A DNA stretch of 64,000 nt from Octopus vulgaris (taxonomy: Eukaryota), in NCBI GenBank assembly GCA_951406725.2, contig OX597818.1, forward strand, positions 121,706,001-121,770,000. The letters run 5' to 3'. The stretch's first letter is position 1. Each line of letters opens with the position of its first letter. Positions 12,931-28,107 of this stretch are shown here, piece after piece. A program made the position numbers and the translations under genes. Below the pieces are notes generated by a model that saw only the letters and a program-made list of their open reading frames with translations, searched no databases and had not been told where the DNA came from.

Positions 12931-14839
12931 TCTATGTATAGAAAATCAATTATATAAAGTCTTTTCATTTCTGTGAAGTCTTTTACAGAGAGCTGTGATT
13001 TTGTCAACTCATGTTTTGTTATAAAGAGCGTATTCTAACCACGCCAACACCATCGGTTAATTAAACATTTTCAATATAAATTGAATTAGACAGGAAAATA
13101 TTAGTTGACACTAGTAATGTGCTATATAATTGTTTATCTGTCTCGCAATTCATGGATATTCACAGTCCACCATTTTCGATTTCTGTATTGTTAGACTCCC
13201 CGTGGATTAAACACCAGTCTGTTAAAGTTAATCGTTCGAAACATTAGTTCTTTCGCTTCCCCAACGGAGTATGAAGTTATCCGAATTTACGAACTCTATA
13301 TTAGGTAGCTTTTATCGTAAATGAAAATCGAGTTCAGGATTACAAAACAAAGAATTCTTCTTCAGTTTTACGATGTTGCTGCTTAAAGTATAAACTTATA
13401 TAATCACTGTGATAACTAACTTAGAACAAAGTGAAGCTAACCGTTGAGAATTCAATGTTTTGGTCACAGATACAACAGTATATCGGTGACAGGATACAAA
13501 CGCCCAACTTTCCTCGCCGGGTTATCCAATATTTTGTTGAAGGTGGTAATTTGGCAGAGTCGTTAGAGTGCTGGGTAAAATGCCACGTGATACTTGTGCC
13601 AACTCTTTAGGTTCTAAGTTCAAATCAAACCTAGGTAAACAGTGTCTTTTATCCTTTCGGGGTCAGTGGAAAAGTATCGCTCCAGGTGCTTTGATAACAA
13701 CACTTGCAATGACACTGATGACAAGACGACGACATTTCCATTGAATAAGCATCGGTGGTGAGGAGAGGGGAAATTGCATGCATGGACAACTGCTCGTGTT
13801 CCTAAACAAACTGCTCAAACCTACACATACATGTACAGATGTATGGAAAACATTGACCGACTGAGGCTCTTCGGCCAAAAACGTTATCTTTTAATTCTTG
13901 AAAAAGTTTATGTTGAATAGAATTTATTACGTAGGGTCAATCTCCAACAAGAACCATTTCCTTTCTGTTAAATCTCTAATACATGAACAACAAATCTTCT
14001 CTAAACGTGTGAAATGAGTTGTGGCAATTATCTTTATCCGTCAGTTGAAAAGAAATTATTACCTTTAGTTTACATATTAACATTTCCAGATTGAAACCAG
14101 TAGGATCAGGGTACATCTCAACAAATAAAACATCTGATAAGAAGTAGCGACCAAGGTTATCAAAGCCGTAGTTGTAGATATCGTTGATATACACCTTGAA
14201 GATTGAATTAACTTCAGATAATTATTCTCTTGTCACAGATACGCATTTTCTCGAATATTTATTATATATATGCGTAAAGAAGCAATTTACTGTATTTGCT
14301 GAACAGGTGTCTCATTTTGATTTCCGTTCGTGTCATTTTATTTTAGTTGTGATACTAATAATGTTAGAAAAGGAATGAACACAGTAGATACCCATTTTTC
14401 GTCAAGTCATTTTAATATTGTTTAGGATAAATTCTTATCGGATCAAGCAGGGATATTTCTTGCTTAAGTTAATTCATTAATGTTACGCAATAGGTATGAA
14501 AGAGCTCTAGAATTCCTGTGGCGTATCATGCCTGTTAAATAAGGTGAAAACACGAGAAGTGTTTACTCCATCTGGCTGCTGAAAAGGTTTCGCTAAACCA
14601 TTGGCAGTAAACATTCAACCCACGTATCTACTCTAAGGGGAAATCCATATCTTGATCCACAGCCTTCCACAACAGTGACAACAAAGCATGGTTTCTTTTT
14701 TCTTTCTCTCCTTTGAGTCTTGGGCGAGGTTCTTCCTCCTTTGACTCAACCTATGGGCGAGGTTCTTCCTCCTTTGACTCAACCATGTATGTATGTATGT
14801 ATGTATGTATGTATGTATGTATGTATGTATGTATGTATG

Positions 14840-14870
<31 letters not shown>

Positions 14871-14887
14871 GTATGTATGTATGTATG

Positions 14888-14953
<66 letters not shown>

Positions 14954-15005
14954 CATACATATACATACATACATCTACATATATACATACATACACATAT
15001 ATGTA

Positions 15006-16271
15006 TTGGCTTGTCCGGAAAGTTCGTGCCGATTTATAGTAGCTTACCTTTCGATTTATTTTAGAACATGGTTGAGTCCATAAAATAGGATTTGACTACA
15101 CTTCCATTTAGAGCACAGTTTAAGCTATCTTTTCATGGAAGAAGGTCTATGTTCCTATAACCTGTGTTAATTCTGTAACCCTTGAAAATGGAAGATAAGA
15201 AAGTTCGTTTTCGGCACTTGATGCTTTTCTTTTTCTGTAAAGGGAAAAATGCCTCACAAGCAACCAAAGAAATATGCGCAGTTTACAGCAATGTTTCTTT
15301 ATCCAAATGAACTGTATGGAAGTGGATTGCAAGGTTCCAAGCTGGAGATTGTAGCCTTATTGATAAAGAGCGATCAGGCAGACCATCCACTACAGATGAT
15401 GACCAAATCAAGTCATTATTTGAGAATAACCCACATTGCACAACCCGAGAATTGGTAGAAAGCCTCAACCTATCAAAATCCGTCGTTCATGAGCACCTAG
15501 TAAAGCTTGGATATACAAAACACTGCGATGTTTGGATACCACATGAGAATAACCTTTTGGATCGCATTTCCATCTGTGATTCGCTTTATAAACGGAATGA
15601 AAACGCGCCTTTTTTAAAGCAAATTGTGACAGGTGATGAGAGATGGATTATCTACCGAAGTGTTCAGAAAAAGCGACCCTGGAGCAAGCGAGATGAACCA
15701 CCCTTAGCCACCCCAAAAGCGGGTCTTCACCCTAAAAACGTCTTGCTTTGTGTTTGGTGTGATTAGAAAGGAATTCTGTACTATGAGCTTCTCCCAAGTA
15801 ACCAGACAATTAATTCTGAGGAATACTCAACTGGACGAGTTAAAAGCCGCAATTCAAGAAAAACGTTGCGAATTGGCCAACAGGAAGGGTGTTGCTTTCC
15901 AACATGATAATTTCAGACCGCACGTTTCTTTGGGAACCTGAAAAAAATTGCTGCAGCTCGGCTGGGATGTGTTATCCCACACTCCATATTCACCAGATAT
16001 TGCTCCTTCGGATTTCCACTTATTCAGGTTTCTGCAGAATAGTCTTAATGGTAAAAATTTCAATTCCTTGGATGACGTAAAAAGATACCTTGATGAATTC
16101 TTTGCCATGAAACCACCTCAATTCTGGGAAGAGGGTATTTTCCAGTTAAAGGAAAGATGGAGACGCATCGTGCAACAAAATGGTTCATATTTGGTTGATT
16201 AAAAATGTTAATGGCATTATTTATTGACCTTTTTCTTTCCTTTAAAAATCCGCACGAACTTTCCGGACAAC

Positions 16272-16275
<4 letters not shown>
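15006..16275 (+). mobile_element. Full-length decayed mariner (DD34D) transposon
   Basis: TIRs ttggcttgtccggaaagttcgtgccgattt / aaatccgcacgaactttccggacaacccaa, TA on both flanks, 1270 bp. Confidence 0.95.
15188..16202 (+). pseudogene. Mariner transposase pseudogene (frameshifts and stops)
   Basis: MEDKKVRFRHLMLFFFCKGKNASQATKEICAVY N-terminus, plus WIPHE, IVTGDERWIIY, FQHDNFRPH and HTPYSPDIAPSDFHLF motifs spread over different frames. Confidence 0.93.
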
Positions 16276-16328
<53 letters not shown>

Positions 16329-17113
16329 GTAAAAAAATGGAAAATTCTTTGTGGAACATACGATGTAGTGAAGACTAAAAAATAAAACAAAAAAAGAAGA
16401 AACATAATATCCCAGTTAAATTCGACATTCAGTGATGTTAAGCCCATTATTTGGAGGCAGGGAATAGTTAAGAAGTAGGACTGTTAACTGGAAAACAAGA
16501 ATTATATGATTATAATAATTGCTACAAAGTTTAGCCAATTACGTCGAACAAAGTACCTCACTGGTACTTTATTTAATCGACGCCAAAAGGAAGAAAAGCA
16601 AAGTAGACTTCGACGGAATTCAAACACGGCCGAATTGAAAATAAAGAGCTGGAAGAAACGCCGCTAAGTCTTTTATCGCCGTCTTTGTTTCAAATTTCGG
16701 CATAAGACCAGCAATTTTAGGAGTAGGGGATCCGCAGTAATTGATCGATAGTTTATTTTATCAACTCCGAGGTCGAGGATGAATGATAAAGTTGATTTTA
16801 AAACTCAGAGTATCAAGAGCCACATGAAAATAGGGCAAGATATTTTGTCCGACAACAACGCTGCCGATTTCCCCTCTTTATGATGATGATGATGATGTTG
16901 ATGATGATGATGATGATGATGTTGATGATGATGATGTTAATAATGGAAGAAAGAAGACGACAACTTAAACATTTAATTGTTTTAGTGACTATCAATAGTT
17001 TCTGTGGAATTACAAACAATAACTTAAATCAGCGAAGAGTTAATTCGAAGCAACTCATTTTCTTCTGAGCAGTAAGGCTTATATTTCGAATCATAAATAC
17101 ACAACCAATTCCG

Positions 17114-17219
<106 letters not shown>

Positions 17220-17879
17220 TATATATGTATACATATATATATGTGTATGTGTGTGTGTGTATGTAAATATATATATAAGTATATATGTATATATATATGC
17301 ACATATATATATGTATATATATATATATATATATATACAAATATACATATATATATATATAAATATGTATATATATAACTATATATATATATATGTGATT
17401 AATACATATTTGTACATAACTTTTAACGACTATATAGCTATATATATATATATGGGTATATATATATATATCTATATATATCTATATATATATACATATA
17501 ATACATAAATATATACATGTACGTATCCCAACATCTATGCTTTGGTAAAGATATATGTATATGTATATCGAGACATGCATACATGTATATACATACTTGC
17601 ATATTTATATGCATACATATATAAATACATACATAAAATCACATGTATATATTTATACACACACACACACACATGTATATATATATATATGTGTATATAT
17701 ATTTCAGTATAAAGTAATTATATGTATGTGTGTGTATGATGCATGTATACATAACTATTTATGCGTGCGTCTGAAAACAACCACACGCATATATGCAGAC
17801 ATACATGCATACGTAATACACACACATAAATATATATATATATGTACATATATACATATGCACACACGTATGCATATAC

Positions 17880-17937
<58 letters not shown>

Positions 17938-18473
17938 CCATACGCATGCATGTACGTGTGCACACATAAACTAGAACATAAAAATAAAATGAAAAATAAA
18001 ATACCCTTAAACCATTCACAGTGAACATTAAATTAAGAACGAAGGAATATTATGTAAAATATTATAGAAAGAAACAAAAAGAAAAATCAAAAAAATTGCA
18101 GAGCATTCAATGAATTCTTTCTGTATCAAGGCGAAAACAGTAGATCCCCACATACTCACACATGCTCGTACAAAACATGTGTGTGTGTGTGCGAGGGCAT
18201 GTAAGCATTATATATATATATATATATATAATTACACACACACACAGAAACACATATATGTAGATAGATAGAGAGAGAGGTAAAGCGGGACGTACATATA
18301 GATACATATACATGTATATATGTATAGGTATATATGTACGCATAAGCACATACATACATGTATGTATGTATATCATATATGATAGACTACTCGAGTTTCG
18401 CCCTTGGCTGTTCACGAATGTATGCACACACACGCATAAATATATATTATATATATATACATATATATGTATA

Positions 18474-18541
<68 letters not shown>

Positions 18542-18981
18542 TACATATATGTATATAATATATAGAAATATATGTATATAAATACGTAGGTATGTATATA
18601 AGCCTTTATATATATATATATGTCTATGCATATAAGTACATTTATACACATATATAGATAGCAATATATGCATAAACGTATATCGCCTTCTCTTCATATA
18701 TATATATACATACATACAAACCATGTGTTTACACACACGCGCTTATATATGCACATTATAGGGTATGAATTTTAATAAATGCGTATAAATGTTTTGAATT
18801 GGTTTTTATTTCATTATATTATATTTTATTTTAAATCATTTCTTTAAAAATAGCTACAGACAATTGCAGACAAAATTTTCATTACAGTAAGTTGAAATAA
18901 ACTGTACAAAAGAAAACGTTTAAGTTAATAATGCAAACTGCGTTTCAATCAGGGAGAACTGAAAAAATATCTTTTCTTTTA

Positions 18982-19066
<85 letters not shown>

Positions 19067-19185
19067 CATACATATATACATATATATCTAAATATATACA
19101 TATATATACACATATTTACATACGTATATATACATATATGCACATACATATTGACACATGCACTTGTAAATATATACATACATAT

Positions 19186-19244
<59 letters not shown>

Positions 19245-19922
19245 CACATATATATATATATACATACATATATATATATGTATAGATACGCATATATGAA
19301 AGTATATATATATTTGTATACTGTACTTGTATATATTTTATTATATATATGTGTTATATATGTATATATGTTTATGTGTATACATATATTTATACATAAA
19401 TGCATACACAGAGACTAAAGCGTTTATATATCCAAATATCGTTATATTTATATATAATATATATATTTAAATACTCATATATATGTATGGACTTTCATAT
19501 GTATTTGTGACGTGTGTATGTGTACAAGTGTGTGAGTGTGTGTATTGTATTTTAGTATAAAAGTATTCACATGTATCTTTGTGCACTCTGCCAATGGCTT
19601 TTCGAAACGTGGTTAACCAAGGGCGGATAAATCAGTCAGTTTCCTGTTCTCTCTCAGTTCTCTGAAATCGCGGCAACTAACGCCATCATAATTTTCATTT
19701 TCGCCTTTCTCACCCTCATTATCCTCACCAGCACAATTGTCAAACCTCATGCTCATTGTCATCCAATTTCTATCATCCCACGTAGTACACACACACACGC
19801 ACATATATACACACATACAGACACAGACACACACTTATGTATGTATAAATTTATATATATATATGTATGTATGTATAAATTTTCATATATATATGCATAT
19901 GTATGTGCATATATATGCATAG

Positions 19923-19953
<31 letters not shown>

Positions 19954-20076
19954 TATATATATATGCATATGTATATAAATATATATATATACATATATAT
20001 ACATGTATATGTACACACACACACATATATATATATTTATATACATACACACACATATATAAACATATATATTTAC

Positions 20077-20109
<33 letters not shown>

Positions 20110-21818
20110 CACATACATACATACATATGAATATGTATATGTATATGCCACACACACACTACTCCGTGAAATAACAGAAACTTTAGTCTGTCTTTTTTCC
20201 TCCAAGCCAATGACTAGCAAATATTTCCAGAAACTGTGGCAATTAAAACGAGCAAACAAACGAACAAATCAAGGAAAAAAAGAAAAAAAAAGAACGGAAA
20301 ATACAAAAAAACGAAGAAAATACATAAAAAAATAAATAGCTAAACAAAATCATTTCCTTTCGAATACACGCCAGCAGTCCAGTCATGTTTGCTGTTACAT
20401 ATTCAGTACCTTCGTTAAGAAAACTTTAGGAAAGACAAATTTCACATTCTGTACCTTTGTTTAGAAAATATTAGGAAAGACAAGTGTTATTCTTCCGACT
20501 CTATTGCCATTTATAGGTTAATTTCCTACATCAATTATCTTATGTTTCTCCAAACATTTTTTCTTTCTTTCTAAGGACTCACGTTGTCATCATGAAACCT
20601 GAATATCAAACTTTCTTGAACTTAAGTTTATTTTAATTTTTCGGGGAACCAATTTCGTATGCTATAGTTACATTTAAATGAATTCCCATGTCTATATTTC
20701 TTAGATGAAGTGCTTATTAGTTTGAGAATTATGTTATTGATTTAATCTATACAGTTTCTATTTTCTGTAGTACATTTTGATTTGCTTCACAGACAATCGC
20801 ATCGCGAATTTAGGTTCCTTTTAGCTCTTGTCTAGAAACAGAGATAGATAGACAGAGAAGAAGGGAGAAAGACATCATTAGTTTTTCGTTCCACACATAA
20901 TAATGTATATATGCATGTACGCATACTCGCAGACATGTATGTATGAAGACATACATATAGTATACATATATAGGTATATATGAGTGCATACATGCATATA
21001 TGTGAATAGGTGCATATGTGTATATGTTTGTCATCTTTCTTTTTAACAATTCAAATTCTTCTTATAAGAAAAGAGCTTGAGCCTAACACAGAGACAATGC
21101 TCAATTGAAGTCATGTATGTAATGCAGCGATCCTTATGTAACAGTTTCTTGTTTAAAGAATAATCCAGTTTTCCACACAAGAAAAAAAAAAGCTTCTCTA
21201 ATTGAAAAGAATCTTTTTGCGTATTTATATTTTCTGTTTAAAATTAATCACGTATCAAGTTTTGTGAGAGACGCTGGGTATACGGAAACTTTACAGAAGC
21301 CAGTTGGATGGATTGTACGTGTTATTCAAAGGTCACACAGAGTGCAACTGATACTACATGAATATTAAATTAAAGGTGTGTACAAGAATTTACGAAATAC
21401 TCAGCCACTTAAACTGTGAGACAGTTGATAGTTCAGTAAGTAGTTCAGTTGATCACACCACAAGACACTCTTTCGTAGAAATCGACGCCAAAGTCCATTC
21501 ATCATATATGTATGCGTGTAAAGATGTATAACATGTATGTATATAAAGATGTATAATATTTATACAAGATATGTGATATATATCAATGTATATGAGTGTT
21601 TATGCCTCCATTTATGTATGTATGTATGTGTGTATATGTGTATGTATGTATGTATGTATGTATGTATGCATGTATGTATGAATGTATATATGTTTGTTTT
21701 AAAATTTTTGTTTTTAAAGTAAAGGATGCGAACTATTGCCTGAGAAGTAGAACTATAGAAATAAATGGCTCAACATTTAGTATGTTTTAACATTTTCATA
21801 ATGCTTGGCGTGTAGTTA

Positions 21819-21905
<87 letters not shown>

Positions 21906-23302
21906 TCATACATACATACACATATACATGTATATGTACGCCTGAGCATAAACGTTTTACACATTACCAATAAAACAATTCTACCGAAGGAAAATTTTAC
22001 AAACAATTATTTAAAAAAATTACGACAGATATTAGTTACACCTTTTCAAACTGTTAAAACCCATTTCTACCGAGCTTTAAGCCACTTACAATATGCTTTA
22101 TATTCTCAGTATTACTGATGTTCCCCTCCAAAAAAATTGATGGCCACCATTATTCTGAGCGATAGAAACCTTAATTATTTATATTAGTAAAGTCTTTTTG
22201 ATGTGCTTAAGTTAAGACAAAGCTTGAATCTAGATTGAAATTAAAATATGAACTAGTCTTAAATTCAAGGACAATTAACATATATAAATTTAGGTTGAAT
22301 TATATAATCAAATCTGAATTTAAGCGTTTTTAAAGAAATACAGAAAGAAAAAGAATGAAAGAAACATTTCATTAAATGAGAGTTATTACAAAATCCAAAT
22401 TTACTACTATAGAAACTCAGAATTTGGAGACAAGGAATGACTGTTGCGCCGTTCAAAATGGACTTAAATGTGTCTTGTTTATTGTATTCCTTGATGTTGC
22501 ATTCTATTTATATATAGATCTAATTTTCTTCTTGTGAAATCTACCCTTCTTTTCAAATCCCTCAAAAAGCAAACAAATGGCATTAGATAATTACAAGGCA
22601 CACATTTATTTATCTATTTTTCAAGCGCAATTGTGTTCCGATTAATGTAAACAGTACTATTCAATAGTTATATTGTAAACATCGTCTGAATATATTATTG
22701 TTTTTAGAAGCAGGATTCAAGATAAATAAATGTTTCTTAATTCTTATATCCTCAAGGGACTTTGATTCTTTCTAGCAATTTATTGAGTGATGTTGTGTAA
22801 ACACCGCTTGAAAACAGTAGTTTATTAAACAGGTTAACATAGATATCTAATTATTTTCCAAAGTATTTAATCTATCAAACCATAACGATAAAGTACTGAA
22901 GAAAAAACCCAACAAAAACAAAAAATAAAACAAAAATGCAAAACAATCGCTATGCAATAATTATATTAGAGGATTAGCGTAGTGTTGAAAAAAAAATCTA
23001 TGCCAAAATAATATTGTTAAAACAACAGCAATTGGTCAGTCCTTGTTGGGAATTATTTAAGTGGTCTATGTAGACAATAATTTAGAAACTCTGGACTGAG
23101 GATCTACTGGGAAATATGGAGGCTTCTAATTGGCTCCTTACATCTATATATACATACATACTTGCATATATACAAATATATGTCAATGTGTGTGTGTTAT
23201 TATGTACGTGTGTGTGAGGGTGTTTTTGTTTATCTTGTTCTAAGTTAGAAAATCGTCTGCGTTCAACGTGTTCTTTATGTTTAATTATTTTAACAATTCT
23301 TT

Positions 23303-23354
<52 letters not shown>

Positions 23355-23708
23355 AACATGCATAAATACATACATACACACATACATACATACATACGTA
23401 CATATATATATATATGTACACACACATATATGGATAGGTCTATAGATAAATGTGTTTAACTCAATACATGTCTGAATAGAGTAATTGATACATATACACA
23501 CGCAGATAAACACACACACACACATACACACATGTACATGCGTATGCATGTATGTATGTATGCGGACATATATGTGTACAATGTATATGTATCTGAGTGT
23601 ATGTATATATAATAAAATATATATATATATAAATTTTTATGTTTGTGAGAATACGAAAACCTTATCCATAGTCGAATATGCATGAATATGCCATAAGACA
23701 GAGCAATG

Positions 23709-23770
<62 letters not shown>

Positions 23771-23811
23771 TAATAATAATAAAAATAAAAATAATAATAA
23801 TAATAATAATA

Positions 23812-23860
<49 letters not shown>

Positions 23861-24040
23861 TAATAATAATAATAATATTTATATCTACACAAAAATAACT
23901 GTTGCATTAATTACAACTTTTTTAAACTAATAAAAAGCATACATGATATCATAATTGTTTTTACATACGGTTTTGATTAGAATCGGAAAGCGTCACAAAG
24001 CCGTCACATAGCTTGCTGTCGTAGCCATTTCAGTGCATGC

Positions 24041-24080
<40 letters not shown>

Positions 24081-24947
24081 CTGTGTGTAAGTGTGTGTGA
24101 GTGTGTAGATGAAAAGAAGATTACACACAATTTCTTATACAAATTTTTAACATGTGTATTCATATAATTACGACTCATACACACATGATATCGGCGCGCA
24201 ATATTGTTGCAAGCAACTGAACTGAAATACTCATAATATACACATATAGTTTTCCTCATACACACACATACACACACATATATATGTATACATGTATATG
24301 TATAATTATGTATGTATATGTATGTTTGTATATGTATGCAAGTCTTTGTTTCTGTGTGTTTTAACGATCACAGTTAAGTAGAACAAATTTTCGAAGGAAA
24401 CTAGACAGAATTCTATATAAAATGATTTTTATGTTTTAATTTAGTTTTATTTGATTTGGTATTACCAATTGTTCACATCCTTTGATGCTCTTGTTCTCTC
24501 AGGGATTTCTTTACTAGAACTGTTTTTCCTCTTACAGATTGGCAATTAAATGGAAAAAAAACTCTATATGTTTTCATAGCTGCTATTACATCGCAATACA
24601 ATTAGTTATTTAAAAAAAAAGGATTAATAGTTAAAGAAAAAAAACTTTTATTAATTAATTTTGATTATAATGATTTGATTTAATTCATTTTTTCTTATTA
24701 ATATTCAAAAGATTTACTTATTTATCTTTTATTTAAGAAATTAATAAAAAAAGAATAACAGTTATAGTAATGATAATAAGTATAACAATTAGTGATAATA
24801 TTAATAATAATCATAATTATAATAAAAAAAGTTGCAAGATTTTTTTTCCGCAAAAATAAAAGAAAAACAGTAAAGAATAAGCTTTAAAAAATTTGCAATA
24901 AAATATTTGAATATTTTGCACTTCTAGGGGTGTTAAGATGTAGAAAA

Positions 24948-25795
24948 TCAAAGTGCTATTTTAAGTGAGTCATCATTTGGTGCCTTACTACATTGGCCTT
25001 GGTATGCAGGAAAGATTTTTATTTTGAATGCATGTGCTCTCGAAGTGTGTTTCGTATACTCTTGTGACAAGAGTATTTCAAGCTGAGGAAGGGATGTCGC
25101 TCCGACCAATCTTCCGGCAGCATTTTGTCCGTAGACAGCAAAGCCTTTGGTCTCGTTACCCCGGACGCAACAGCCTCCAAGCCAAATCAGGTCTGGCACG
25201 TTAACTCCATTGCCAATGGTTACTTCTGGATCCACCGAAGGAACTGCACCAGCAACAAGATATAGTTGAGGCTTCTGAGCTTTCTCTTCAGTCGCTGATG
25301 AATCTGCCATCATTGAGGGCAGCGAACCGGAAGTGCCAACATTCTTGGTGTTGGCCGAGTTGGTTGATTTGGTGGCCATAGGTGTAGCAATAGTGGTAAA
25401 TGGAGTTGTTGATGACTGCGTTGGTTCTGTACTCTCAGTCACTGTTTTTTCTGCATCTATTTGAGGAACACCACATACATCAACGGCATATTTAATTATC
25501 ATTTTTGCTGCTTTTTTCCATTCTTTATAGAAGTCCATATGCATTGGAACTGTGTTCGTTAAAGCGAATGCTGCAATCTTCGTATCTATTTGGTGACCGG
25601 CCAACTGTGGAGGTAGAAGATGACCAATACGATAGGTGGTGGTGAAATCATAGTCACTCGGTTGAGGCTGGTACTTGCCAACGGCGCATTGATCGTTCTG
25701 AATTTCATCTTCGAGTTCACTAAGAGCTGCCAGACCTTTCTTACGATATTGAACAATGTAAAACCAGGATGCACGTGCTTGTTTATCGATCAAAG
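24948..25795 (-). CDS. Terminal exon D: C-terminal half of DNA/RNA non-specific (beta-beta-alpha-metal) endonuclease-like domain
   Basis: Acceptor ttatattcttttcag|CT, phase 1, stop at 24948. Motifs YRIGHLLP (DRGH-like), AFALTNTVPM, LYLVAGAVP, VNVPDLIWLGGCC, GFAVYGQN and a C-terminal IFP..C are typical of ENDOD1-like nucleases. Confidence 0.9.
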
Positions 25796-25893
25796 CTGAA
25801 AAGAATATAAAAAAACAACGTGAAAATATTATAAAAATTAGACCCACAAATGTGTGCGTGCACACACACATACGCACACGCACACATACACAT

Positions 25894-25932
<39 letters not shown>

Positions 25933-26220
25933 CACACATATAGATAAATATACATGTATAGGTATATACGTTGGTATATAAATGCTAAATTAAGATTCTT
26001 ATTTTAAAGCAAGTTTAAGAATAACTGAGAATTTTCTGTTGGGAAGACTCAATATTGAAACTAGAGTGAAATTTATTATAAAATTCGAGTCGTCTGTGAC
26101 TTTAAGTTTTACCTGTTAGCATTTTAACCAGGGTGGTTGAATAAATCATCGGGCAACAAGTACCCATCAAAACGAATTTTATATGTATATGCGTACGTTC
26201 GTGTGTTTGTAAATATTGTG

Positions 26221-26256
<36 letters not shown>

Positions 26257-26301
26257 ATATAGATAGATGTAAGTATGCACATGTACGTATGTATATATGC
26301 A

Positions 26302-26348
<47 letters not shown>

Positions 26349-26354
26349 ATTATG

Positions 26355-26544
26355 TTACTTGTTTCAGTCATTTGACTGCGGCCATGCTAGAGCACCGCCT
26401 TTGGTCGAACAAATCGGCACCAGAACTTTTCTTTCTATCGGTCTCTTTTGCAGAAATGCTAAGTTACGGGGTCGTAAACACACTAACATCGGTTGTCAAG
26501 TGATGGTGGGGGCCAAACACAGACACACAAATTTATACATACAA

Positions 26545-26575
<31 letters not shown>

Positions 26576-26700
26576 AGACGGGATTCTTTCTGTTTCCGCC
26601 TACGAAATCAAGTCACAAGGCTTTGGTCGGCCCGAGTCTATAGCAGAAGGCACTTGCCCAAGGTGCGTGGCACCGAGCCCGGAACCATATGGTAGGGAAG
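26355..26700 (-). mobile_element. SINE family A, diverged copy in intron
   Basis: Shares acttgtttcagtcatttgactgcggccatgct and cacaaggctttggtcggccc blocks. Confidence 0.8.
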
Positions 26701-27121
26701 CACACACACACACAAACATCTATATCTATACACACGCACATACACACACATGCACACGCACGCACCCCCATGGTCATGAATGCTGCTAGCGTCATCCCTA
26801 CATTCAAGAAATGTTATACAAATGAACAGAGCATACATGTATACATGCATATACAAACACACACGTGTGTGTGTGTGTAAGTGTGAGTGTATAGACATCC
26901 ATCAACGATAATGGTTAATACAATTACATACATATATGAATATCTGTGAATGTATTTATATGTATGTGTGAGTGTTTGTGCGTGTATGTGTGTGTGTGTG
27001 AATGTATGTGCGTATGAGTGCATATAGACGTATACACAACATTTACAGAAAAATAAATTTACAGAAACAATAAAACGAAGAGAAGTGTCAAGAAAATGTA
27101 TACTGAACAAACAAGCATTAC

Positions 27122-27664
27122 CTCTTTCAATTAGATATGGAGTTCGTGGCCATCCCTTATTATCAATAGCTGTAAGTTTGCTCATAGAAAATGTTGGAAC
27201 ACGTCTGAAACTGTCATAAAGTGAGGCAAAATGGGCAGTTTTTCTCTTGAAAAGATCTCCAAACAAAGTATTAGACGAGAATTTCTGACACAAGAAAGTA
27301 AGGCCACCATTTTGGTTTCTTATTCCTGATGGAATGCTGCCGCCAAGAGTAAACTCTTTCAAACATTCAACGTGGAGTTTATCGTTAGTGATTCCCTTTG
27401 CGTCTCTGGCCACGTATTTACAAGGTGGCATCGAATCTCGGCAAAATTTCTCCAGTTTCTGCTTGCAGCTATGCAATGGCGTGAAGACGGCCACCGTATT
27501 GTTGTCTCGTCGCTTGTATTGCTTCAATCGATAGTCGTCACCAGTTTTCAGAGGACCGGTACACCATTGATGTAACTTGCCTTCGTTCTGCAGTTTTTCA
27601 TAAGTCCAGTCAACAAATTTATATTCTCCGCTATCCACTTGGTAAAGTGAGTATAAACATTCAT
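27122..27664 (-). CDS. Exon C: Cys-containing region plus N-terminal half of ENDOD1-like nuclease domain
   Basis: Acceptor tttttttatatattttag|AT, donor G|gtaatg; 543 nt, phase 1-1. Motifs ECLKEFTLGGSIP, LCQ, FASLYDSFRRVPTFS and W..YLIE match the C..F...G.P / ICQ / FATLYD..RIP.YS / W.IEP pattern of ENDOD1-like proteins. Confidence 0.88.
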
Positions 27665-27835
27665 CTAAAATATATAAAAAAAAGTGAAAATATATTGTAA
27701 ATATTAAAATTTTAATGAATGAATTCATCCACGTATCTGTCTGTCTGTCTGTCTGCCTGTCTGTCTATCTAATAACATTTTCTGATATTGAATGAAGCAT
27801 ATCCAGAGAAACAATTTGTGTTAATCCTATTTAAC

Positions 27836-27879
27836 AATGACAACGACAACAGAAACAACAACAGTAATAATAATAATAA

Positions 27880-27944
<65 letters not shown>

Positions 27945-27956
27945 TAATAATAATAA

Positions 27957-28013
<57 letters not shown>

Positions 28014-28036
28014 TAAATATAATAATAATAATAATG

Positions 28037-28107
<71 letters not shown>
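27836..28107. repeat. (AAT)n tract; similar tracts at 23704-23875 and 40260-40376
   Basis: Read directly. Confidence 0.95.

Noticed and set aside
14710-14785. 33-bp tandem duplication (also a ~46-bp duplication near 20400-20483 and gatccgctc repeats at 4021-4053)
   Set aside because: Ordinary local slippage duplications with no further structure.
25796-25955. N-terminal part of the 335-aa ORF as a signal or TM segment
   Set aside because: It is intron sequence: a (TG)n tract and pyrimidine tract upstream of the acceptor at 25796-25797. The same applies to both ends of ORF 26814-27728.
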